Source: Parachlamydiales bacterium
Lineage (GTDB): Bacteria > Chlamydiota > Chlamydiia > Chlamydiales > Rhabdochlamydiaceae
Reading direction: 5' to 3'
Length of the DNA: 34,388 nt
Assembly: GCA_020050965.1 (NCBI GenBank)
Contig: JAGVJV010000006.1
Coordinates: forward strand, 1 to 34,388
Shown: one piece after another, positions 9,165 through 16,880 of the stretch
Layout: every line of letters begins with the position of its first letter
How positions within the stretch are numbered: position 1 is the stretch's first letter
Notes under the pieces: generated by a model
What the model was told of the DNA's origin: nothing
The model's database searches: none
Seen by the model: the letters and a program-made list of their open reading frames with translations, nothing else
Program-made: the position numbers and the translations under genes

Positions 9165-11146
9165 CTTCTCAATTCGGCCTTACCCCTCAAGGATTTAAAA
9201 TCAAACGCCTCCCCGACATTCACGCAGAGAATCAAAATCTCCTGCTGGCTGCCTTCGGGGAAATCAACCTTGATCCTCAATCTATCTTCGGCCAACTCAT
9301 CGGCGTGCTTTCCAAAGTGGAAGCCGACATATGGGAAAACATGCAGGACGTCTATTTCAGCCAATATCCAAACTCCGCTGAAGGGATCAGTCTTGACAAT
9401 GTCGTTCAACTAAACGCCATCACAAGACTCGCAGCTCAACAAACAAATGTTACCGCCGTATGTTCTGGATTAGAAGGCACTCTCATCAATCAGGGCGCAC
9501 TGGCCCGAATTCCAGATACAGGCGCGGTTTTCTTCTGCCAGATAGATTCGTTTATCACACGGTCGAATGCAGCCTCCGCTAATGTGCAAGTCGGTTTGGC
9601 TGCAGCTCAATCTTACACCGCCATCATCAATAATCAGGCCATCACTTATTCTCTTCCGATCATCACCTTCACAGGAAGCTTCGTTACTGGAAACTCGATT
9701 GTTGCCACACTAAATGGCACGACACTGCCTGCCGTCCCTTTCAACACGAGCAATAACCAAACCCTTGCAGACTTAGCCTCTGCGATTGCAGCAAATCCTG
9801 ACGTATTATCTGCTACGCCAACCAATCCGAATATCATCAGCATTGTCCCCGTATTAGGCAAAAATGTTGTGGTCAACTCGATCGTCATAACGGGAGGGGC
9901 GTCGCAACCCACCTATGCGGTGACTTTCGATACGCCAACAATCAATGCGGTCTCCCAAAATTTAACCAGCATTATCAATGCTGCAATTTCAACTGTATTA
10001 GCAACGGATCTGGTAGGAAGCCTGTCAATTGTAGCTAACGACCCCGATGTCCCTTTCTCCATCAGCGTAGGAACGAATTTAAGTATTTCTTCTCAATCCT
10101 CTCCCGTTACTTTTTTATCTCAAGACTTTGCTCCTATTGCCGCTCCCATCAATACCTTGGTCGAAATCCTCACTCCTATTTCCGGATGGAATTCGATCAA
10201 TAATCCAAAAGCCGGGGTTACTGGACGCTTTATCGAAACAGATGCTGAATTGCGCATCAGAAGAAACAACTCCATTCGCCTTTTAGGAGCAGGAACTGTT
10301 GAATCCATCAGAGCCCGCCTCCTTCAGCAAGTTCCAGGCGTCACCTCCGCTTTTATTTTCGAAAATAGAACGATGACTCAAGAGCCGATCGACATCGTCT
10401 TGAATCAGGATTTGGTCGCAGGGAATACGATCACAATCGTTTTCAATACCATTCAGACGCTTCCCATTGTCACTTTCGTCACCTCCCATCTGGATACTAT
10501 GAACGCGATAGCACTCGTCATAGCCAACCAGCCTCAAATTGCCTCTGCTGTTGTGGGCGGAACAGCAAATCGAACTATCACCGTATCTATGAAAGAGGCC
10601 GTCGAGGTTGCTATCACAACATTTTCAGTCACAGGCGGCGCGAGCCAAGCGCAAGCAGTATTCAAAGGCGGGCGCCTCGCCAAAAGTTTCGAAGCAGTCG
10701 TAGAAGGAGGTTCCGATGCTGACGTTGCAAATAAAATCTGGCTTACCAAACCGGCGGGCATCCAAACCTTCGGTAATACGGCCTTTACCATCACCGACTC
10801 ACAAGGCGAGCAGCAAGTCATCAACTTCAGCCGCCCCACCCCCATCTACATTTGGATTACGGCTGCACTGACCCTCTATTCCGAAGAGACATTTCCTCCC
10901 AATGGGCAGGATTTGGTCGCAGAAGCCATCAATACTTATGGAAACAATTTAGGGATTGGAGTCGATGTTCTTTTACAACGGGTTCTAGCTCAAATCTTCA
11001 ATGTCCCAGGGATTGCAAGCGGCGCCATGCAGATTGCAGCTACTAACGGTCCCGGCGACAGCCCTCTCTATGGAACGGCAGATATTCCGATCCAAGAAAA
11101 TGAAATAGCGGTATTCGACCTATCGCGCATTACGGTGACGGTATGA
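9161..11146 (+). CDS. Baseplate J-like wedge protein with inserted repeat domains
   Basis: 661 aa with ATGA overlap. TDAELRIRRNNSIRLLGAGTVESIRARLLQQVPGVTSAFIFEN and the C-terminal part fit the Baseplate_J family. Extra repeat units related to those in the sheath are inserted. Confidence 0.8.
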   Translation: MTSQFGLTPQGFKIKRLPDIHAENQNLLLAAFGEINLDPQSIFGQLIGVLSKVEADIWENMQDVYFSQYPNSAEGISLDNVVQLNAITRLAAQQTNVTAVCSGLEGTLINQGALARIPDTGAVFFCQIDSFITRSNAASANVQVGLAAAQSYTAIINNQAITYSLPIITFTGSFVTGNSIVATLNGTTLPAVPFNTSNNQTLADLASAIAANPDVLSATPTNPNIISIVPVLGKNVVVNSIVITGGASQPTYAVTFDTPTINAVSQNLTSIINAAISTVLATDLVGSLSIVANDPDVPFSISVGTNLSISSQSSPVTFLSQDFAPIAAPINTLVEILTPISGWNSINNPKAGVTGRFIETDAELRIRRNNSIRLLGAGTVESIRARLLQQVPGVTSAFIFENRTMTQEPIDIVLNQDLVAGNTITIVFNTIQTLPIVTFVTSHLDTMNAIALVIANQPQIASAVVGGTANRTITVSMKEAVEVAITTFSVTGGASQAQAVFKGGRLAKSFEAVVEGGSDADVANKIWLTKPAGIQTFGNTAFTITDSQGEQQVINFSRPTPIYIWITAALTLYSEETFPPNGQDLVAEAINTYGNNLGIGVDVLLQRVLAQIFNVPGIASGAMQIAATNGPGDSPLYGTADIPIQENEIAVFDLSRITVTV

Positions 11147-11165
11147 CAAACCAGGAGACAGCCAG

Positions 11166-11924
11166 ATGGTCTTAATACCGAATCATGTTCAAAGAGCGAT
11201 CGCACTGCTTGCCGGACAATTCCAGCAAAGCTTGCTGGATGGAGAATATAGCCGGTTCCAACGATTAATCCAGGCTTTTGTCACTCAATTTCAAGAGATA
11301 GACGATGTAAATCAAACGTTGAAATTTGATCGGGCTATTGAAACAGCTGTCGGTGTTCAACTCGACGGCCTAGGGCAGATATTAGGACTCGCCCGGCTGC
11401 CGGACGAAGGCGATGAAGATTACAGGGAAAAGCTGAAATTCCAGATTTTCATTAACAAATCTAATGGAACGCCTGAGGAAGTGATCGCCGTCCTCAAATT
11501 TTTGACTAAAGCAACCAAGGTGCGCTACCACGAATACTATCCGGCAGCTTTTCAAATGGACACAGACGGAATCACCTTCTCCGTTCCTCCGGAGCAGCTG
11601 GTTTCGGCTATTCAATCAGTGAGCCCGGCGGCAGTTCAATACACTCCCATTACAGCAACCTACGGGGTTCCTCTTCCATTTATTTTCAGCGGAGACCCGA
11701 TTATAGAACTGCTCGATGTTTCTCCATTTGAATCCGATCCATTCGACCTCAGAAATCTTCAAGTGCAGACGACCGATCTTTTAGCAGTTAATGCCGGGAA
11801 TGTTGCCAATCCAGCATTTGGAGGCTGTTTTGCAGAATTTGGAACGCCCGACATCGATACGACTGGAGCCGGGCAAATGGCAGAAGTAATCATGTTTAAT
11901 GGCTTTGAGCCGCCACCACCTTAA
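11166..11924 (+). CDS. Baseplate/fibre-socket protein, DUF2612-like
   Basis: 252 aa with AGGAGA RBS. FDRAIETAVGVQLDGLGQILGLARLPDEGDEDYREKLKFQIFINKSNGTPEEVI matches the DUF2612 pattern (tA.G.qLD.lG.ivG..R...dd..yR). Confidence 0.7.
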   Translation: MVLIPNHVQRAIALLAGQFQQSLLDGEYSRFQRLIQAFVTQFQEIDDVNQTLKFDRAIETAVGVQLDGLGQILGLARLPDEGDEDYREKLKFQIFINKSNGTPEEVIAVLKFLTKATKVRYHEYYPAAFQMDTDGITFSVPPEQLVSAIQSVSPAAVQYTPITATYGVPLPFIFSGDPIIELLDVSPFESDPFDLRNLQVQTTDLLAVNAGNVANPAFGGCFAEFGTPDIDTTGAGQMAEVIMFNGFEPPPP

Positions 11925-11934
11925 GGAGACCATT

Positions 11935-12402
11935 ATGGTATCAAAACCAACCGTCCTGCCGGAATGGGCAGAAAATGATGTTGTAGATCCAATCTCAGGG
12001 CAAAATAACGTCCTGGAACCGCCTCCAGAAAAAAAACTCGAAGGCTGGGCAAGGCTCGAATATCCGCCAAGAAACTGGTTCAACTGGCTAGCCCGTTATA
12101 CCTGGAGATGGCTGAACTGGCTAAATCAGCAGGAAGAGCAGGCAATTGTCACAGATGGGTCCGGAACCAATATCTTTCCAACCAGCGGCTCTCTTTGCGT
12201 CTTATTTGCCGTCGACACAGCAAATCCAGCTTCCTATCTCTACGCAATTGGAGCAAATGTCGGAGGGACAGTGACTTTAACGACAGTGGCCAGTGCAACC
12301 TTAGCCATCGGCGTGATTTCCGGAACTTCCGTCCCCATTACAGGAGCTGCAGATCCATCGACAATCATCGCTTGGGGACAAACAAAAATTATTCCGTCTT
12401 AA
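11935..12402 (+). CDS. Tail fibre protein (proximal, baseplate-attaching)
   Basis: ATG 11935 lies behind AAGGAG (the track start 11899 is inside the previous gene). LPEWAENDVVDPISGQNNVLEPPPEKKLEGWARLEYPPRNWFNWLARYTWRWLNWL is a common N-terminal motif of phage tail fibres. Confidence 0.6.
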   Translation: MVSKPTVLPEWAENDVVDPISGQNNVLEPPPEKKLEGWARLEYPPRNWFNWLARYTWRWLNWLNQQEEQAIVTDGSGTNIFPTSGSLCVLFAVDTANPASYLYAIGANVGGTVTLTTVASATLAIGVISGTSVPITGAADPSTIIAWGQTKIIPS

Positions 12403-12411
12403 GGAGAAACC

Positions 12412-13014
12412 ATGAGCACACCTGTACTGATAAGCGATCTTGATCCTGTAGGCGCAATAGATCCTGCCAATGATCTAACTATTGTTCATCAAGGATTTAC
12501 TGATAAAAAAGCCACCATTGCTCAAATAAGGAATTTCGATATCTCCCTATTCGATCCGCTTCCGAGCACGGCTATCAATAACGACTTGCTGGTCATAGGA
12601 AGAGGTTCGACGAATTATCAAATCCGATTCGACCAGGTCAGCTTTGTCGCAGGCACCCAACTCTGGTTTTATCAGGATGTAGCGCCCAGCGGATGGGTAA
12701 CAATTCCCGTCGGCGATTGCTTACTAGGAGTCAAAGGAGGGTCCACCTACACCGTCGGAGGCTCGCTACCCCAAGGAACGTGGCAGACAGCGGATCACAC
12801 CTTGACAATCAACGAAATGCCAGCTCACTCCCATACAATTTCACCATTTTTAATCGGCAAAAATCAGAGAGGTTCGGCTGATACTAAACCATGGAGATCC
12901 GATCACGGAGGAGAGGTTACAACCTCCACCGTTGGAGGAAATGCGCCTCATAATCATGGAGCCTCTTGGAGGCCCCTAGCTGCAACAGGAATTTTATGCC
13001 AAAAACAACCTTAA
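12412..13014 (+). CDS. Tail fibre / receptor-binding protein with phage tail collar-like domain
   Basis: 200 aa with AAGGAG RBS. LTINEMPAHSHT and GGNAPHNHG resemble the Collar / microcystin-dependent-protein family motifs (emP.H.H ... GG...H.N). Confidence 0.65.
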   Translation: MSTPVLISDLDPVGAIDPANDLTIVHQGFTDKKATIAQIRNFDISLFDPLPSTAINNDLLVIGRGSTNYQIRFDQVSFVAGTQLWFYQDVAPSGWVTIPVGDCLLGVKGGSTYTVGGSLPQGTWQTADHTLTINEMPAHSHTISPFLIGKNQRGSADTKPWRSDHGGEVTTSTVGGNAPHNHGASWRPLAATGILCQKQP

Positions 13015-13041
13015 AAAATTAACCAACAATGGGAGAACTCA

Positions 13042-13401
13042 ATGGACTGTACTTCATGTAAAGAAAACTGCCCATTTGTCAAGAGCAAATTATGCGCTTC
13101 CGAAAGAGAATGCCCCAATTTCATGGAATCATGGTGGCAAGAAGGAGGAACCGGGCAGCCGAAGGTTATAGCAGATTGCGCTCCCAAGAGAATGCTGATT
13201 CAGCAGCAGATGGAAGTTAACCGCATGTTCGCGCTGCAGCAGGCCATTGAACAGATGAGAAACCGCCTCGAAAAGCTAGAAGGTCTATTAGGTCAATTGA
13301 TAGAGCAAAGCAAAGAGTACGTTCTCCAGCAAGCTCCTAAGCAAATCGCTAAAAAATCAAACAGGAAGGCGCTTGGCCATGAGTCATCCAATTCTTCTTG
13401 A
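13042..13401 (+). CDS. Cys-rich coiled-coil protein, hypothetical (fibre assembly factor?)
   Basis: 119 aa. Six Cys in the first 46 residues (CTSCKENCPFVKSKLCASERECPNF...DCAP), then a heptad-like helical region (QQAIEQMRNRLEKLEGLLGQLIEQSKE). No family recognised. Confidence 0.5.
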   Translation: MDCTSCKENCPFVKSKLCASERECPNFMESWWQEGGTGQPKVIADCAPKRMLIQQQMEVNRMFALQQAIEQMRNRLEKLEGLLGQLIEQSKEYVLQQAPKQIAKKSNRKALGHESSNSS

Positions 13402-13708
13402 CGCTCTTTCTTGCGAGTTTACGGATAAAAAGCATCTCTCGCCTTCACTGCGGGAAAATGCTTCTCCTGCTTCTGGATCGTTCGTCGTCATAAACCCAAC
13501 GCAAATCATTCCCCTCTTACCCAAATTCCCCAATGCAAAAATGACGGCACATCCATCGAAGGTCTGCTCAGCAGAATCAGGATATTCAACTTTTGCAGCT
13601 CGAAAGATCGATATCCGGCGAGCAGCAAAAGGCCCAGCAGGGCGTAAACATCGTTTAACAACAAAGAAAGAGGCAAGAATATGGCTCGCAATTCATCAGT
13701 CAACTTAG
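13379..13708 (+). CDS. Questionable ORF bridging an otherwise unassigned 280-bp gap
   Basis: ATG 13379 lies 9 nt after AGGAAGG. Encodes a 109-aa basic protein that overlaps both neighbours (23 and 28 nt). No motif recognised, and two antisense frames are also open here. Confidence 0.25.
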   Translation: MSHPILLDALSCEFTDKKHLSPSLRENASPASGSFVVINPTQIIPLLPKFPNAKMTAHPSKVCSAESGYSTFAARKIDIRRAAKGPAGRKHRLTTKKEARIWLAIHQST

Positions 13709-14346
13709 ATATTTCCAACCTGACGGTTGGATTCAGCATCGGAGGCGGCGCTACAAAAAGAACCGTCACCTACAACGGAAGCGGGGATTACACCCTCACC
13801 AATCAATTTGCCGGAGCGGGGGTTTATACATTCCCCAATAGAGCAGCCGATACTTTAATCGGCTTCGCAGACTATACCGCAAAGGGCGTGATCTTAGTCG
13901 GTACTGGATCGGGAACATTTACTCCATTAACCGTCGGAACAGACACTTTTGTCTTAACCGCCGATTCCACTCAGACATCAGGCGTCAAATGGGCAGCATC
14001 AAGTGGTGGCGGGGGCATTAGTTCATGGATAGACGTTACCGGAACCTCTCAAACAATCGCAGTCAATACCGGCTATATCGCCGACAACGTTGCTTTAGTC
14101 ACCCTGACTCTCCCAACCACAGCAGCTCAAGGCACCACCTTCAGAATTGCGGGAAATGGAGCAGGCGGGTGGCTGTTGGCCCAGAATGCCTCGCAAACGG
14201 TCAATTTTGGAAGTGCAGCCACAACGGCTGGAGTCGGAGGCAGCTTGGCTTCAACAGACCCAGGCGATGCCTTAGAGTGCCTCTGCGTGGTCGCCAATAC
14301 CACATGGAGAGTGTTGAGTGCAGTCGGCAACTTGACCGTCGTTTAG
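13681..14346 (+). CDS. Fibre-family protein A1 (shared adaptor module plus small C-terminal domain)
   Basis: 221 aa. Adaptor-like segment [45 protein letters not shown]. The C-terminal ~105 aa align with ORF 18971..19474 (..GGSLAST...W.VLS.VGNLTVV). Confidence 0.65.
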   Translation: MARNSSVNLDISNLTVGFSIGGGATKRTVTYNGSGDYTLTNQFAGAGVYTFPNRAADTLIGFADYTAKGVILVGTGSGTFTPLTVGTDTFVLTADSTQTSGVKWAASSGGGGISSWIDVTGTSQTIAVNTGYIADNVALVTLTLPTTAAQGTTFRIAGNGAGGWLLAQNASQTVNFGSAATTAGVGGSLASTDPGDALECLCVVANTTWRVLSAVGNLTVV

Positions 14347-14383
14347 CAAACAAGAACATCCTCACTGTAATGGGTTTTGTAAA

Positions 14384-14881
14384 ATGATTCAAAATAACGC
14401 TGTAAATACATCGATTATCGTTAAAAACAATCAAGTTACGCGTCCATTGCAGTGTACGTTTTTTGCCCAACTAAACGCAAACTTAGGAAATGTCACCGGA
14501 GATGGAACCGTCTACCAGATTCCCTGTGACAATGTCATTGTAGATCAAAGCTCAAGCTATAATCCTCTTACAGGCGTTTTCACAGCTCCTGTGCTAGGAA
14601 ATTATATTTTTGGAGCCTCTATCAACACTCAAGGACTAACGCCCGGAATGAGTGTGTATGTCTTAAAATGCATGACAACAGTGAGAGAATATCGACTTGT
14701 AGAAATGGGAGCCATTACTCCTTCATCTGCATCTCAAACTCTTCAAATAGCCGGTTGTATTTTTGCCCGAATGAATACAAATGATACTGCAATTTTTACG
14801 ATTCAGGTTGCTGGAGGATCAAAAGTTGTCTCCCTACAACCCAATGGCATCTCTTTCATATACGGCTATCTCTTGGATTAA
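14384..14881 (+). CDS. C1q/TNF-like jelly-roll domain protein B1
   Basis: 165 aa. IPCDNVIVDQSSSYNPLTGVFTAPVLGNYIFGASI fits the C1q signature core (x5-[ND]-x4-Y-x6-F-x5-G-x-Y-x-F) except for its first residue. Confidence 0.6.
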   Translation: MIQNNAVNTSIIVKNNQVTRPLQCTFFAQLNANLGNVTGDGTVYQIPCDNVIVDQSSSYNPLTGVFTAPVLGNYIFGASINTQGLTPGMSVYVLKCMTTVREYRLVEMGAITPSSASQTLQIAGCIFARMNTNDTAIFTIQVAGGSKVVSLQPNGISFIYGYLLD

Positions 14882-14886
14882 AAATT

Positions 14887-15414
14887 ATGACTATAAGCAA
14901 CTCTATCAACAATCCAGACTACATCTCAAAAGGGCAAATTCTTGTAGGGAGAAATGGCACTCGTCCTATCATGCTCAATTGGGGATCTTTGAATGGACAG
15001 GTGCTTGCTTGCGACTCTACTACTTCTAGTGGTTTCAAGTACATGTATGGGATGACCGGTTATTACTTGAATACGTTTAATGCAAAAAATACTGGCAATA
15101 CCATCTTCTTTACTACCCCTTCCAGCGGATTTCGTTTTTTCCCTACTCACATCATCATGAGCGTTCTCTTTGCTTCTTCGATTTCCGCTGGCGCGAGTAT
15201 TTCTATCGGCACGAATGGCTCTAGTTACAACAACATCTTGGCGAATACTTCCTTCATCGGACTGACAGCAGCTAATAACTATCAAGTGGTTCAACTCAGC
15301 GGAGTTTTAAACGCTATCCCCGTTAACACGTCAGGATATTTGAATGTTAATACCGCGGCAATAGGGACGTCTATCACGATGAGCTGCGTCATCGTAGGTA
15401 CTTGGTCGCAATAG
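14887..15414 (+). CDS. Fibre-family protein X (adaptor module plus unique C-terminal domain)
   Basis: 175 aa. N-terminus ISKGQILVGRNGTRPIMLNWGSLNGQVLACDSTTSSGFKYM is a diverged copy of the shared adaptor. Confidence 0.55.
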   Translation: MTISNSINNPDYISKGQILVGRNGTRPIMLNWGSLNGQVLACDSTTSSGFKYMYGMTGYYLNTFNAKNTGNTIFFTTPSSGFRFFPTHIIMSVLFASSISAGASISIGTNGSSYNNILANTSFIGLTAANNYQVVQLSGVLNAIPVNTSGYLNVNTAAIGTSITMSCVIVGTWSQ

Positions 15415-15422
15415 AGGAAAAC

Positions 15423-16874
15423 ATGACGACTAACACTTCTATCAATACGCCAGCTCTCTTCAATAAAGGAGATCTTCTTCTGGGACAAGGCAGTGGGCTA
15501 AGACCCAGCGTTCTTCCCGCAGGAGCTAACGGGTTAGTTTTGACGTTAGATAATACTCAGCCTACTGGAGCTAAATGGGCTGCTGGAGGAGGCGGTGGAA
15601 GTACTTTATCTCCTTATATCGTAGGTGCAACGGAAAGCGATTTTACGACGATTCAAGCTGCCATTGATCAAGCTGTGACTGATGGGGCGTCAAAAACAAA
15701 CCAAAAGAACGTCTATGTGAAACCTGGCACTTATAATGAGAATATCTCGCTTTTCGACGGAATAAATGTTCTAGGGTTTGACCCCTATCCAAGCGAGGAC
15801 TATCCAGGCATTCAATTCCCAAACAATGGATTCTTATCTGCTGTCTTGACTGGAACGGTTACTCATAGCAGTGGGGATAGCAAGATTTACAATATTTATA
15901 TTAAGCCAGGAGATGGCTTCAATGCTTTTAATTTAAGCGCTATCGGCGGACTTCTTTTTATCCGAGGATGTCGATTCGATCTTCCTACTACTTCGATTTT
16001 GTTAAATTTCAGCAATGCAGACACGGTTGTCATATCTGATTGCATTTCAGCTAGTGGGTTCGGTCAATTTCTCACATGTACCTCAACCGACATAGCCTCA
16101 GTGGCTATTTTTAGTAGCGAAATTTTATCAATGACAACATCTACTCTTCCTATGGGAGGGGCATCAATTCAGCTCTCAAATAGTTATCTATACGCCTCTA
16201 TAGACGCTTCAAACGCATCCATTTTTTATTTTCAAGCCTACGATTCTCAGCACTGGCCCAATGGAAGTGATCCATTGATTCAAATAGGAGCGTCCACAAA
16301 CTCATTTATTACTTACGTCGGGTCACAATTTGCTTCTCCAGAAAACAATGCCTTTATCATTCCCAATAGCGATACGCCAGTTCGTCTAGTCAATTCTTGG
16401 AATATTAGCGGTGGAAACAATGTGAGTGGTGGGGGCATCGCTTTTAAAAACTTCATCACAGGGCCGTCAGGGGAGAGCATTTTAGTCAAAAACATTAGTG
16501 CCGGCTTCAATGGCACGGATTACATCTTTACTCAAGGCGGTTTGCAAACATCAGACGACTCTACTCAGCTACTTGCAAGTATGGTCTTAAACACGAACGA
16601 GTCAATCACGTTAATGGGAAACGTTGTAGGCGCTCAAAGCGATCATAGCAATGCCGTGGGAGGAGATTTTACCGTTACAGCAAGAAGAAGTTCAGGAGAC
16701 ATAACCTTAATCGGTAGCCCTATCGTGAATGTCCGTTCTTCATCAACGGCTACCTTCACCGTAGATGTCGATACAACAACACAGTCTGCACGCGTGCTTG
16801 TCACTGGGGTTGCAGCTACCGTTTATAACTGGGTTGCTACTCTGCAATATCAAAAAATACTAACCAATGCGTGA
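15423..16874 (+). CDS. Tailspike C1, right-handed beta-helix (pectin-lyase-fold-like) putative depolymerase
   Basis: ATG 15423 lies behind GAGGAAA (the track start 15402 is a TTG inside the previous gene). Shared adaptor MTTNTSINTPALFNKGDLLLGQGSGLRPSVLPAGANGLVLTLDNTQPTGAKWAAGGGGG. Then YIVGATESDFTTIQAAIDQAVTDGAS..NVYVKPGTYNENISLFDGINVLGF, typical of beta-helix N-caps. Confidence 0.75.
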   Translation: MTTNTSINTPALFNKGDLLLGQGSGLRPSVLPAGANGLVLTLDNTQPTGAKWAAGGGGGSTLSPYIVGATESDFTTIQAAIDQAVTDGASKTNQKNVYVKPGTYNENISLFDGINVLGFDPYPSEDYPGIQFPNNGFLSAVLTGTVTHSSGDSKIYNIYIKPGDGFNAFNLSAIGGLLFIRGCRFDLPTTSILLNFSNADTVVISDCISASGFGQFLTCTSTDIASVAIFSSEILSMTTSTLPMGGASIQLSNSYLYASIDASNASIFYFQAYDSQHWPNGSDPLIQIGASTNSFITYVGSQFASPENNAFIIPNSDTPVRLVNSWNISGGNNVSGGGIAFKNFITGPSGESILVKNISAGFNGTDYIFTQGGLQTSDDSTQLLASMVLNTNESITLMGNVVGAQSDHSNAVGGDFTVTARRSSGDITLIGSPIVNVRSSSTATFTVDVDTTTQSARVLVTGVAATVYNWVATLQYQKILTNA

Positions 16875-16880
16875 ATAAAT

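Noticed and set aside
256-13014. Tailocin or extracellular contractile injection system instead of a phage
   Set aside because: Head-tail connector genes (DUF4054-like, HK97 gp10-like, neck terminator-like) precede the sheath. The element also has replication, partition and recombination genes, consistent with a complete phage whose head genes lie upstream of the window.
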